Shown one piece after another: positions 13,401 to 28,400 of a stretch of 64,000 nt of DNA; within the stretch, counting starts at the first letter, position 1, and the number at the start of each line of letters is the position of its first letter. The position numbers and the translations under genes are program-made. The notes below the pieces were generated by a model that was given only the letters and a program-made list of their open reading frames with translations, was not told the origin of the DNA and made no database searches. Source of the stretch: Laetmonice hystrix (Eukaryota); NCBI GenBank assembly GCA_965235115.1, contig OZ249436.1:14014001-14078000 (forward strand), in the 5' to 3' direction.

Positions 13401-16400
13401 CCTGTTGATGCATTTGCTGGGGGCCCTAGTTGTGGCGGCCCGGGCCAAGCTGGACTTTTTTCGATAGGAAGTCAGTGGATTTTGATAAGGGGGGGGGGCA
13501 CCTAAAAAAGTTTGGCTTCGCTACGCTCGGCATGATTTGATTGTGACGGGCGGGGTGAGGGGTAGGCCGGTGGGGGGGGGGGATGAGTTGTGCTGCCCCG
13601 GAGCCCGCCCTGGCTCTCGACGCCACTGCCTGGGACAAGAAGACTCAGCCATTTTGTATCTAGACGAGCTGTGCTCCTGCTGCTGCTAACCATTAACACT
13701 GGAGAATAGGCAGTCTGTCTAATATCTTGATTACCTGCATGATCCCCAAAACGGAGGCATTGGTTTTTTTACAGCATGTAGTCTACATAGTTGACTACAT
13801 TGTCCACCTCTCATTATAACTTTCTCCACTAAGAGTCCATAAACCGTGTACGTTCTGAGCAAGGTGAACCCCTCCTCTCTCCATGGTGGTCACCTCGCTC
13901 TAAATTCAATTTTTGTTTGCCCGACAATCCTATCATTTTAGCCAGGCGGACATCTTTAGTGACTGAACAGTGGTGTGTCTGGTGACGGACTTCAGACAGT
14001 ATTGATCTGCCCTCTGGCAAAATGTCCAGATCTTGACCAGTGACGAACGGGTCCGGATAGCCTTTCGTGTCAACTATCCTACATCAATGAATCATACACA
14101 GCTAGTTTTTCTACAATTCCGTTTTTCTTCTACCTCTTTTTAAAGATTTGTACTTTTCTTAACCTTTAAGAGCACTGGGGATTGCTGATGAAATATTACC
14201 TCAGTTAGAGGTGCACGTTCTGAAAGCTTTCTTCATCCGGAAGAAATACATATATCATGATAACCCCAACAGAATATTGCGGCGTGAAATTAAAATGCTG
14301 TCAATGGCCTTCAACCAAGTTGTGCATTTGCTGATGAGCAAAATTGTTTGATGAATTAATCGAAATGATGAGTGAGAGTAGTGTCTATAACTGTAGCTGT
14401 CATTAAGATATTGCTGTCTTTTGTGTGTGTGATTAGCGTCATGTACATGTGTTTTATATCATGTCTTGTTTTACCGTACCTGTTTATGATTAGCGCCATG
14501 TACAAGTAGGTCTTATATCATATCTTGTTTTACCGTACCTGTTTATGATTAGCATCATGGATGTGTCTTATATCATGTCTTGTTTTACTGTACCTGTTTA
14601 TGATTAGCGTCATGTATATGTAGGTTTTATATGTCTTGTTTTACTGTACCTGTTTATGATTAGCGTCATGTATATGTATGTTTTATATCATGTCTTGTTT
14701 TACCGTACCTGTTTATGATTAGCGTCATGTACATGTGTCTTATATCATGTCTTGTTTTACCGTACCTGTTTATGATTAGCGTCATGTACATGTATGTTTT
14801 ATAATGTCTTGTTTTACCGTACCTGTTTATGATTAGCGTCATGTATATGTAGGTTTTATATCATGTCTTGTTTTACCGTACCTGTTTATGATTAGCGTCA
14901 TGTACATGTCATGTATGTTTTATAATGTCTTGTTTTACCGTACCTGTTTATACTGCAGCTCCCCCTGTTCCTGAGCGGTTAGTTCTAACATTTTCCACTG
15001 CGTGGCGCTCAGGTCTAGCAATGCCTGCACGAGTCTGTCCCCGTTACACAACAGAAATGCGTTGCTCGTCCCATCATCAACGATTATACTGAAAGAATAC
15101 CAACAAGACTCTACTTACAGACAATCTGACACGCTTCGTGAACGATGGAAAGCATATAATTTGAAGACAAATTGACTTGCATGTCAGATTCAATGCACAT
15201 GTTGATGCCGTATAGAACAATCTATGTGAAACGGGTCAGGAGAAAGGCGACAACTCTGGGAGGGGCTGACGGCAATAAATATTCTCGGACGACGAGAGGC
15301 AGGACGTTTGGCCATAGCCGTAATGACGTGCCAAGAGCGCCCGCCACTTGGCTAACACGCCATTACAACAGCTAGTGTAATTTCCACACACATTGAGCCG
15401 CACCTTTAACCTTGAAGCTGTTCAATAGCATTAAGTGACCGTTAGCCTACATTATCTTCACATGGGTATTAGCGTTCACTGTGGACGGGGCCTGAGCAAA
15501 ACGGCGCAACTCTCTGAGTGGGCCTCCGTAACGTCCGATCTAGCCGTCTCACACTGAGCGATAACTCACACTTTACTGTTTACATTGACACACGCTGCAA
15601 GCATTGCAATAGAATACGCGTAAATCACATCAAACCAGTGATGCTTTGTGCAAACATTATCATGCAACCTGCTGATGAACACTACACTGGATATCTACAA
15701 ATTAATCCAAATTCATGTCTCAACTCGCACTCTGGTGATAGCGGCTGCAACGCCATTACACTTGCCATATACTACTTTGTATTTGCACAATCTAAAGTGT
15801 ATTTCAAGTGGTTTGCTCACTGTTGATTATGTTTGCCATATAATACAGGCTGGAAACTAAGAGCATCTAAGAATAAATTGAGTGCAGCTCACAACACATG
15901 TGCAGGCTTTGACTGTTTGTCTAGGCTAGATTACATTATTAGAGACACTGGAGAAAAATGCTACCGAAAAACACATTGTTCAGTGCAGAAACGTGAAGCC
16001 TTACGAAAACCATAAAAATTTCTTCACAATAATTCGGAAGTTTCCTGTTCAAATACCATTGTTCACACTTTATTTTGAGAGACTATATGCGTTTATATTA
16101 ACCAATCACGGTATATGAGCTAAAAATATTTGTTTAAACCAGGGCTTGAAAAGTACAAAAATGCAAATGTTCCTTATGTTAATACTTGGCTACAAATGCT
16201 TGCAATTTGCTTCACCAGTAAATGAAATTTGACAATACAAAGAGTGAATCTATGTGAGCATAACAATACCAACGATACCGGTATGATACTTTCGGTTCCG
16301 ATTTCTAACATTTGTTTTACACTTTACATGTATTTGTAGAATGCTTATATATATTGACATCGCTTTATTGTTTATGAAAGACTACAAAGGCAAATCAGGA

Positions 16401-19400
16401 CAAAATGTACTTTATATTGCAGAGTGGCATAAGGACTTCAAAATGATTGTCTGCAATCGGTTTATAGCCCGAGCAATCCTACAAGACATTACAAATGTAG
16501 TCAAATTCTATACAGATCTGCACCAAGTAACAAGATCTGTACGAGCACACTGTTGCTTTGTTCATCGTTTGGTACCGGATCTAAGAGTGGAGAGAACAGA
16601 CCCGCTGACCATTTACACGATCAAACAAAATATCCGGCCCGGCTTAAGCCAAAAAAAGCGAACCTATCATTGGAGGAATATCCAAGCTGGCACATTTTGA
16701 TAACGCATGACGAGGTCCATGATGGGAAAGTTCCCTGACTATACCCACCCAGTCTCTACGGCTATTCTCTATACAAATTGGTGAATACATGGCAGGCTTG
16801 GCCCTCCCACCTCGTTATGATAGCAGTGTCCATCACGTAGTGGGTCTTTATCAGCAGGCCACAGAGGGGTCAGGGCCAGCCGTGACCCTTGCTGACCACG
16901 CCATTTGTCTTACACATAGAGTGGAGGGCCAGTGATAGTGGGATGGACGGGGCTAACGACAATACCGGTCAATGCTATCAGAGCCACTGATCGACCTTGC
17001 ATTCTGTCACGCCCGCACCTAATGGTCAGTGACACGAAACACGTCAAACAAAGGCCACAGGTAACTCGAGGTAAGCTACAAGGTTTCTGTAACAACGGTC
17101 AACTTTCCATCGGTATAATTACCAGAAACCCCCGCGAAAATACTTCAGGTACTCAATCTGAAAACTTTCCACAATATTTCCAACATTAACTCCATGTTTT
17201 ACGGAGAATATTGGAAGAAACCCCTTTGCCATCTGTCCACCCAGTGCTGTCACCTCATATGGATCTTGAAATGATGACGACTCGATCATATGGATCTTGA
17301 AATGATGACGACTCGATCATATGGATCTTGAAATGATGACGACTCGATCATATGGATCTTGAAATGATGACGACTCGATCATATGGATCTTGAAATGATG
17401 ACGACTCGATCATATGGATCTTGAAATGATGACGACTCGATCATATGGATCTTGAAATGATGACGACTCGATCACATTTACCAGACGCCAGTCATTTTAT
17501 TCTACTTTCCAACCTGTAGATCCCGCCACAAATACTGACCTTGCTTTAACCTTGACCCTGGGACTTGACCTTGACCTGCAGGACACGTGTGTGCAGGCGC
17601 CCTGTTTGTGGAGGTGGCCGCAGTCGGTACAGTTGGACCAGATACTCAGCCAGAGCACTTTGTGAACGTGACACACCACCGTGAACAGACGGCCCTCAGT
17701 ACCGTGTCTACCCCACAGGTCAGTCAGGTTGTACCGGGGCACGGATGTCAGATCTGTGGGCAGGCGGTCTTCATTCACACTCATGTGTCTGCAATAAAGA
17801 ACGGCAAGAAAGTGAAGAAACCGGTCGCCAGTCTCAGACAGCACGTTGGCATCGTCTCAAACCAACACATTCACTGAGAACAAGGCCCGCTCAGCGGCAT
17901 GCAGGCAGCAAATTCAATTTCAGTCTTAATAATGTCTGAATGCACACAACTGCCGATCGCCAGATTATCTGTTTGGCGTAAATGGAATGCATAAACAATA
18001 ATGGTATCCTTGCTTAATGAATTTTAATAATAACAGCATCAACACCGTCTTGGAAGAGACTATGTGATGATCAGTTTTCCTGCTCATTTCTAAGGCTTAC
18101 AAAATCACCAGCCCACAATAAGCCAATGATTGTCTAGTAATTCCATCATCAGCCTGACATGGATGTATCAGACATTATTAATTAATCCTTTAAATGCATT
18201 TACTATGTTTAGTTTTACCGTTTGCACTGGATTACTGAGGCATTCTTTCCTATACAATAACTGATAAGCATATTTCTGTATATCAATGATTACGTATATA
18301 TATGCAGGAAGAAAAACATTTTTTTATCATACACAATTTTTAATGCCCAAATTATCATTCGATATTAGCGTTTATGTTCTTTGCTTTTTTCTCTCTCTCT
18401 ATTTAACAAGACCAAGACATACCGCGCTTTGAGACTGGTGCTGCCCTCTGCCAGCACGCGCACACAACAAGACGAGGCAACAAGATACTGGCCGTAGACG
18501 AAATCCTTCTGCGAACGTCTCAGTTGCACTTTATGGAGCTCGACAGTGGCTCCCCCTAGCAGGCCCAGAGGGTATGAGATATTGTGTGGTTTGATGTACA
18601 CTTTGAGCCGTCCAGCTGTGTCTGGATCGCAGAGCACTAGACATATGTGCCGGCCCTGGGGCACTGAGACTCCTAGCGGTGGGAGAAGACGATAACGTAA
18701 CAGCAGTTCACATTTATGTCTTACAACATATTATGTGAAAACAATCAGGGTAACTTCTCCTGGCGATGTATGGCGGCAAGGGAGAAATTGGCCAGTGTAT
18801 TCGAGGTCAAGAGGTCATCATGTGGCACCCACCTCAAAGTGGCTTCCCACGCCCATCCTGCCCCGTGCACATTTATCTCACTTCATTATACAATACGGTA
18901 CACTGACTTCAAGGGCCGACAACAATATACACCAAGGATGAAATACATCTTCACTAAGAGTTCCGTGTCGGGGTAGGGGGGTTGGTCCCGGTACACCCGT
19001 TCTCTGTACCGGTTCCCCTTCCTTGCTGTGACCTGTCATACTGAACACAGTCTGCTTTGAAAAAAAACATGGCAAAGGCAATAATACCCTGACACATCCA
19101 TTTGCCTCTCTATCTCCGGCCTGGGAGATGGGTCTGAAGTATGAAAAAGGTACCGCAGTGTCATGAGGTCAAGTGGTGCACAACGAGGGGCGAGTAGATT
19201 AGAGGCTGTGGCAATTCTTAGTAAAAGGGTACGCTTGGCGCAGAATTCTCCTCTCTGCGTGTGTGTGTCGAGCACCTGGAAAAAAGACGGACGTCCCTCA
19301 GCAGGATTCAATACCCGTAACCCTCGAGTGCACACAGCGCCACAGCGGGCACTTCACGACTGGAACTGTTCCAGTATTTGGCCTCTCCTCTGTGGTGATC

Positions 19401-22400
19401 ATATTAGATAGCTCCTAATGATCCTGGTGTGCGCATGTCCTCCAACGACTGCCACGGACCGGCCCCAACTGTCCATACTCCTGTGTAATTTAAAAGTGGA
19501 GATTTGTGGGAGAAAGGTGTTAAATCCTGTATGATGTGACTGACTGCCTTTCACGCTCGTGGCCTCATCCCCTGGCCCTCCTTCCAGTTAGGCCCGTTTC
19601 TCCACATAATCTTCTCGATGGCCACGAGGTGTGGTGGGATTTGAGGCGAGTTGAGCTACCAGTCCAGTCGGCTGTAAATCTGCCCCACAGTCCAATGACC
19701 GTTGTCTTTTCACTTGATATAAATCACATCCTGGCCACTGGACGGCAGAAGATGGTCTACTTTTATTGTGCCCATAGGGTGACAAGCGATGGTTGAGTAG
19801 TACAGTATGGAAGTATACGGCAGTGATCGTATCACCGGCTCTATGTCCTACTCCCCCCCCCCCGTCAACCTGCTCCAGTCTCCCCCCCCCCCCCACGTCA
19901 ACCTGCTCCAGTCTCTCTCTCCTTACCCCCCCCCCGTCAACCTGCTCCAGTCTCTCTCTCCTTACCCCCCCCCCCCACGTCAACCTGCTCCAGTCTCTCC
20001 CCCCCCACGTCAACCTGCTCCAGTCTCTCTCTCCTTACCCCCCCCCCACGTCAACCTGATCCAGTCTCTCTCTCTCCTTACCCCCCCCCCCCCACGTCAA
20101 CCTGCTCCAGCCTCTCTCTCCTTACCCCCCCCCCCCACGTCAACCTGCTCCAATCTCTCTCTCCTTACCCCCCCCCCCACGTCAACCTGCTCCAGTCTCT
20201 CTCTCTCCTTACCCCCCCCCCCACGTCAACCTGCTCCAGCCTCTCTCTCCTTACCCCCCCCCCCACGTCAACCTGCTCCAATCTCTCTCTCCTTACCCCC
20301 CCCCCCCACGTCAACCTGCTCCAGTCTCTCTCTCCTTACCCCCCCCCCCCACGTCAACCTGCTCCAGTCTCTCTCTCCTTACCCCCCCCCCCCACGTCAA
20401 CCTGCTCCAGTCTCTCTCTCCTTACCCCCCCCACGTCAACCTGCTCCAGTCTCTCTCTCCTTACCCCCCCCCCCCCACGTCAACCTGCTCCAGTCTCTCT
20501 TTCCTTACCCCCCCCCCCCCACGTCAACCTGCTCCAGTCTCTCTCTCCTTATCCCCCCCCCCACGTCAACCTGCTCCAGTCTCTCTCTCCTTGCCCCCCC
20601 ACGTCAACCTGCTCCAGTCTCTCTCTCCTTACCCTCCCCCTCCCCGTCAACCTGCTCCAGTCTCTCTCCTTACCCTCCCCCCCGTCAACCTGCTCCAGTC
20701 TCTCTCTTCTTAACCCCCCCTCCCCCCGTCAACCTGCTCCAGTCTCTCTCTCCTTACCCTCCCCCCGTCAACCTGCTCCAGGCTCTCTCTCCTTACCCCC
20801 CCCCCCCCGTCAACCTGCTCCAGTCTCTCTCTCCTTACCCTCCCCCCCGTCAACCTGCTCCAGTCTCTCTCTCCTTACCCTCCCCCCCGTCAACCTGCTC
20901 CAGTCTCTCTCTCCTTACCCCCCCCCCCCCACACGTCAACCTGCCCCAGTCTCTATTTCTCTCCCCTGTACCCCCCCTCCTCTCTATCGATTATCCTGAT
21001 CCCGAAGTTGACCGACACGGCCTGCTTGAGTCCAGGGCGGATCATTACGAAACGGACCGAACTTGACCACTATGTAAATTGGTCGGCTTACAGCTCAACA
21101 CCAACCTTGTTCTGCTCTATTAGCACCAAATTACTGCTAAGTACCAGCCATTCAGCCCGAATCATCCCCAACCCTTCCGTCGTCAATTGTAACTGATGGC
21201 GTAATTTTACATAGGACCGCACAATGTCTAAAACCAAGCTGGGCTTGTATTACGTATGTGGAGTAAAATGATTGTGTCAGTGCGTGTCATCCTGATTGAC
21301 TGAAGCTGTCCGAACTAGGTCATCACGTATCAATGCTGCATTTATAAATAACACAATGTTGTCCTTTCATAAATCATCTGGCAATATGAACGGGCAAGGA
21401 AGGGTTTACAATGTCAGTTATGTTCGCCTAATAGCACAAAGCACTGGTGAATAAGGCAGATAAGATATGACGGTTAGCCATATTTCAGGGTTGTAGTTCA
21501 ATGATCTCAAATTCCAGGGTGTACCGTCCGTGGCTCGCTCAGAACAAAATCCTGTTTTGGCCGTTTTCACTAGTGATGGAGAACCATTAGAAAGGCTATC
21601 AGTTGTGATTTCCACAATTTTCGTTTTCCTTCCACTTTAGTCAAAATTATCGCTATTATCTAGAATTACTAGAAGATAATATGAAAAATACATTAAACTG
21701 AGACGTTATATGGGTGGGCTGTCGATGTGAAACACTGAGCTGAGCTTGAATATTGCCCACAGCCTGGCCTATCATTAATACCTTGGACAATGAAAATTAA
21801 CATAAAAAACATGCAAATCGTGCGCATTTTGAAGCAATATCCTGTGACATCTGTTGCTAAATGTTCGTAATGGTCGATCAACCTTAAATGTGATCGTTAT
21901 GGGGCGTTCAAGCCTGTTATCCTGTCAGCAGTGCTGCCTTTATATCCCAGTACATAGTACTGGCAGCTCTTATGAATTGCCATTTTCATAGCTACAAACA
22001 AATCAAACGGCGCCTTGATACTTAAAATATGACATTATTGAGAGGAAACTCGGTCACTATGTCTGCCTGACTGGAAGTGAATTTCTAGAATTGATGTTAC
22101 AGGGTTTATGAAACATCCATCTTACCAAACCATTTCAAGCAACCTACTGTTTTCACAAGACAGATGTTCTAATATTCCATACATTCATAGGTAGACTTTA
22201 CAAGTTTCTATTCATAGTGACTGCAGCCATGAAGGATAAGATTGGTGAAGAAATACTGGTAAGACTGACTGAAAGAATATCAGTTAGAAGTAGATATACA
22301 AAGATACTCACGAAGCGTTTCATTCTCTTCCTCTTCAAGCACCCGAACCGCCGCTGGCCTCTGGTCAGTTAAATCAGTGAATTGACGGGAGAGAACTAAA

Positions 22401-25400
22401 CCCGTGAGGCACATCAAGTCTAGTTTGCTATCGAAAAAATGGAAAAACACCGTTGTGATTTTACAGGCATGTTGAATGCAAGTCTGCAGAATTGGGTCAA
22501 TGTTTTGCGTACTACTCCGGTTTAAGATTTTCTTTTACTTGATCTGAACATTAATATCTTGAGGGGGCTGAAAAGTGTACTAGGTCTAAAATCAGGAATG
22601 TGTATCTTCAAACACCTCTACAAGAAACGGTGCTCACCTGCTGTCAAGGACTTGTTGGATACTGAGGACAGGACACAGATGTCCTGTGGACTTCAGACAG
22701 TCAATGACTTCTTGACACAGTGTGCTCTCTGCTGCTGTTAACTGAGGGCATCAAAAGACATCAAGAACCTTTCAACACTTTCCCAGTACTGCATGCTTTC
22801 ATAAATATTTGCTAACTAAAGATTAAGATCCGAAGAGTGTGGGTCTTTTGCTGCACGTTCTGAATACGCTAAAAACTAATGAAATATTTTATAAGTAGTG
22901 ATTAAAAGTTCAATTCATTTATATACGAGTCTCATTCCCCCTATCGTCAGTCTTTTAGAATCTCAGATGAGTTATTTTCAGGACATTTTAACTTAAATGA
23001 AGTTTCAGTTGCATACCTTTGAGAAGGGCGTTTGGTTAGATTCCTCATGGTCATTTACTGCGTGGATGACTGCCTCATTGTTGACGGGCAAACACTGGCG
23101 GACATGGGCCCTTTCTATAACCCTGTGGAGGGTTGGAGGCAGGCCAACCCCACTCCCTGACCACAGACTGTCTTTCTGAACTATCCGGTACACCCGACCT
23201 ACCCGTAACAAATGGTACCATCTCACTGTGGTGTTTTGAAATGCTAGCACCACGTGTTTGACTGGTAGTTTGGACTGATTGCCTGGGACACCTGGTCCGT
23301 CGCTGTCCTTGGGTTTGTCCACGGCCGTCTGTATTGGTTCACCTAATCGGTGGTCGCCAGTCTCTCCAACAAGGCAAGCAGAAACGTAAAACCTGAGCTT
23401 GGCCGAGTTGTCGATTCGTGACTCAACCTGTAAACTGTCCTTGTGAGTGACGACGAAAAGTTGTGAAGTGTACGTTGGTCGTTGGCCCACTCCGATCACA
23501 TCATTTGTAGTATGGATTTGTTCTACATGCAATGGGTCCGTCCTCCTCAGACCTTTAGGTCCGTTAACCGCCTGTCGTTTGACTGACCGACTCTCAGACT
23601 CGGTACCATCTCGTCCTCTTTTCCTGTCAGGTTTCTCACACCTAACCACATGACAACGTCCCCCATTTATCTCATACTCATCTGATGACACGGTTTCTGG
23701 CGGGTATTGATCTTTTTTATACAACAACACAACATCTTTCATTGAGAACTGCAGGTATATGTTTACATGGAGTTTCTTTATGAAGCGGACGTCCCCGACC
23801 TCTTCAACAGATGGGAAATTACTCACAACAAACCGTTCGACAACCACGGCAAAGTGATCCACTCTCACCAAGGCCCCAATGTGGGAGGGACCAATGTGAC
23901 CACAGTGACAGGACGTCTGGCTCCGGTCACACGTGTCACACGTGCTGGGAGGAGCAGCGTCTGACGTCACACTGTCCCTGGCGGCGACCACACAGTTCAC
24001 ACTACCAGTCTTGTCGACTAGCTCCACGTGGCCGGTCTGACCATCCAACTGGAGAACCCCGACTACCACCTAAAGGAACAAACCACCTTCGTCAATTTAC
24101 ATAATATAACAGTACGACGCACGTTAACAATACACACCCAGTTCATTCAACATGACCCCTTGGAAGGACTGCCAGTACATGTGTCGTCAGTGCCTTGGCG
24201 TGAAAGACCATGTGAATATGTGTGATGACATAATCGGCCAATAGTAGCGTGGAACAAAATGGTTCATACCACGTGACAACGCATTGACCAATTACAATGC
24301 AAATATACGAGGTGTGTTATAACAGAGGCTGATCTACAAAACTTCAAAATATCTGGGATACAACCTTATAAAGCTACGATTTGTGAGTTTGATTTTCTCA
24401 AATACAAAAACTGTAGTCAAATAACGAAAGACGTTATAAACTTATTATTTGTCAATCGAGCTTTAAGTTTTAAATTAATAAATTACCTTTTCTTCTATTA
24501 CATGTATTTTGGTGAAAGAACGACATTATGGCCATAAAATGCTTCCCTCACTTGAACGAACTATCAAAAGTTGCCCTACCCATGGCATACTGAAATCTTT
24601 GTGGTCCAAAATCTTGTAATTCCAGTAGAGACTATCATTCAGTGCTTGAGCATTGACAGGATTGACCAATAGATGGCGCACTGATTCACTGAAATCCTGA
24701 GCCTCGGTCCACCCGTGTTCCTTGATGTCTGCCATGCTGGGAAAGGTGCACTTAGCCTTGAACAGCGTCTGATTTAAGGTATTAAACGGGGGGAAACTGA
24801 AATAAGACATTATCTCAGGAGGCTATTCGAGAAATTCAACTAAATCCATTCCTTACTGATGCCTGTAATCTGGCTTTCGTTTCCTTTCTGACATCATTAC
24901 CGGCACTTGGGTTGGTACTCAAAAAATAAGGATGGTCCGTTTTATCCATTTCAATCAATTACTATATAAATACTGAAGTCCATCAAATACCTTCACTTCC
25001 CTTAAAGTCTAGAAAACCGTTTACCTTTGGAGGCACAATATTACAGGATCCATGGTGTTGGTCAAGGAATTCTTGCAACATGTGCCTGACACTAACAGGC
25101 AGTGACCAGCAGGCTGGCCCTACCCCCTGATGGGTAAACAATTTGAAAACTAGTCTCCCCACTGCAGTATCCCTGTAAACAAAAATTGAACAATTTCATT
25201 CCATGCTATCCACTTTTCCTACTTTTATGAATTCATTCAATGAACAGGAAATTTAAGATCGACATATCGAAAAACAATGTGTACAATCAGTGACCACATA
25301 CAGGTAGATGCTCCGCTACAATCTTTCACTACAACACGTTACAGTGTAGAGATAACATGTACATTTAGCCCTTGAAATTCCCCGAATATACACGTTATAA

Positions 25401-28400
25401 GATACTTCACTTCATGTATCTTGGAGCAAGTCTCTCCATCAGCTGACTCTGTATACGGATGAACCAATCAAATTGTGCCAGGTTTAGGTTTAACATGTTC
25501 AGCAGATGAATCAACATGCAGTCATAATGCTTGAACAGCTGAAATCATAAATAAAAGATGGAATCGTCCGTCAGCGTCTTCAGGACGGAAGTATATCATT
25601 AGAGTTTGACCCATGCAGAAGGTCATTCATGTATACATTGTACTCTCCATAAAGTTTTTTCCCGCCCTTTTTGAAGTTGTGTTGTGCGAAACCCATTCAA
25701 TGTTCTTAAATAAAAAATTAAATAAAATGTTCTTAAATAAAAATAACGTGCTGTTCTAAGTACAATACATAGATCTTTCTCAACATAGACTACAGGGGTG
25801 GGGGAAAACATTTTGTGCAGAAGGGCATGAAAAAACATTTTATGCAGAGTATATACATGTATTGCAGATTCTGGTGAAAATCTTTGTGAAAGATCTACAC
25901 AAGACCCATTCTCTGTGAAGACGTCAATGCAACAAACATGAAATCACCAGAGGTGAAATCCCTAGGATATTTATGGATAGAAATTTGGCCACTACCAACA
26001 ATCACTACATTCTGTTTATCAATCAATCCATGTTTTATATATATACTACATGTTTCTAACTCATTATATATGTACACTACTGTATATTATAACGTTCGAC
26101 GTAAAACATCCAGAAGGCTCCAGGAACATATCAAAAATGGACTGAACGACCCTTTCATCTGCAAATCTACTTTTAAACACTCAAAGCCAGCTCCGTTTGA
26201 GGAACTGCTTAGTTTGTAATCCTCTCCAGTTCGACACCAGGACAGCTGTTCTCACAAACCACTTTTATTTATCCAATCGTTTCCTAACACCTTTATTCTT
26301 CCTCAAGGCAGGATTTGGGCCCAGGGTTTATTATTCAATTACTGTAAATAACTGAAATGCACATGAATAAGACCAAGCCATACTTTCCGGGAGAAGATGC
26401 TTTATTTCCATATTATCTCTTTTTATTATATTTAGGCATCATGACACTACAATTTTCAATACCTTTTATTCACGACAAATTACTTGTTTCATAAATCGTG
26501 AATGTTTCAATAATAACGTGGTGAAGGTTGGCATGGTTGACACTGAGCAACAGTTATCATGGATACACAGAGAATTACACGATACACAATTTCCCATTAC
26601 GTGAATCAAACCAATGTAATCCATCCAATAATGTCCTTAGAACTGAACTAGAGAACACTTACCTTGATTGATGAATCCAGAGGTGAGAATGTGGTTACTT
26701 TGATACAACCATACAAGCAACAACACAACCGGATTTTGGGCGGCTTGTGAAAAGAAAAAAAAACCGTGTATGTGTTTTTGCTATGTCTTTATGGTATGTA
26801 CCCACTGATACAACGATCTAAAGAGAAAATTGATTCAGTATGCCCCCTGGTGCCAAACACAGACATTAGCTTGAGGAACTCTGACAATGAAACACCACCA
26901 ATCTACATCCCTTCTGCAAACATATGTTGATAAACACAATGTCATATTGGTCAACTGGCAGGCATGAATAACATCCAACTTTTACAAGATATACAAAACA
27001 AACGATGTTAATAGCAGTATAGCCTCGATAACGGTAGTACCTTTGGCGCCCCCGTGTGGTGTGCATTGTAAACAACTACCCTGGTGCCTGGTCGGAGATA
27101 ATAGAATTTGTGCATGGCAGGCACATAACTCGTATACAGCCTGAAAATATCAAATTAGAAACAGCTCTCAACTGAAGGGTCTACATCACCATTAGTTAGT
27201 AAACGCAATATCATTCAATCAACACCACACCTCATGTGCACATGTATTTATAGAACACAAATTAACAGATATTAGACAAAGATATACAGAATAGTAAGTC
27301 CCTCCTCAATAAGTTATTGTTTCAAGGATATCATATGTACAGATGATGCCATTTCTGTAAGTGGACTCAGTTACATAATAACCGAGTTAGTGATGATCAA
27401 TACATAATAACCGAGTTAGTGATGATCAATACATAATAACCGAGGTAGTGATGATCAATACATAATAACCGAGGTAGTGATGATCAATAGAAAACTCTAC
27501 CTTATTTTCCCATCAAGTTCATAAATGCCCTTCTCAGCCTCCGTGTTTGACGTCACAATACCCTGGAGAAACCATAGGAATATTGTACAATGATTCCTTC
27601 TACAAGACGATTTCTACCAGATAATTGTCTTTATTTCTATATCAAATATGCCTCTACATGTATTACTCATCTTTATATTTGATATTTACACACTATGGAT
27701 GAGCCTCGCTTTTATTCTGTGACCTACTCAAATGTTTACAACTGCATTATGTTAGCCAATTTTAAACAATTTCACCAAATTTACAATTACATATGAGGAA
27801 CTAAATCTCCAGATTCTAAACAATTAATGCCACGTTCCTTCCATGTAAGTATTAAAAACTTCCTTATTTCATGTTGTTTCTTACCTGATAAGAAAACAAT
27901 TTTTGTTGCTTTGTCTCAGCCTCAGCAGTTGTGCTGTGACCACTTGGGATCAGTAAATTCTCTCTGTTCTCCTCAAGCCAATCCTATATTTTGGAATTAT
28001 TGTACTCTGTTTAAACTTGATAAATCTTTGAATTCTGGAACATTTTCTACCATTTCCCAATATAAACAAATCAGATTTGAATTATTATACATTATGACAT
28101 TTGATATAATGTAAGCTCAATGCATACACAAACTTATTGAGTTTCATTAAATAATAATTTAATAATTTTCTTCAATACATGTACCAAGGAATAATCTTAA
28201 CGAATTCCCAATGGGAAGTGTTAAACTTGTATCAAGTGTCAAGATCGAGCAATAGCGCTAATGCCTCACTTGTAGGGTCAGAATCCTGTAACTTGCAAGG
28301 TCTGTACGGTAGATCCTACAGTTATCCCATGGGACAAATATTCGGTGCTCCTGCTTAGTGCCCTGTAAAAACAACAGGAATTTATTTTAACCCAAACATT

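Noticed and set aside
19807..21066. 419-aa extensin-like proline-rich ORF
   Set aside because: C-rich minisatellite with variable homopolymers; the peptide shifts among three frame variants; antisense within a CTC1 intron.
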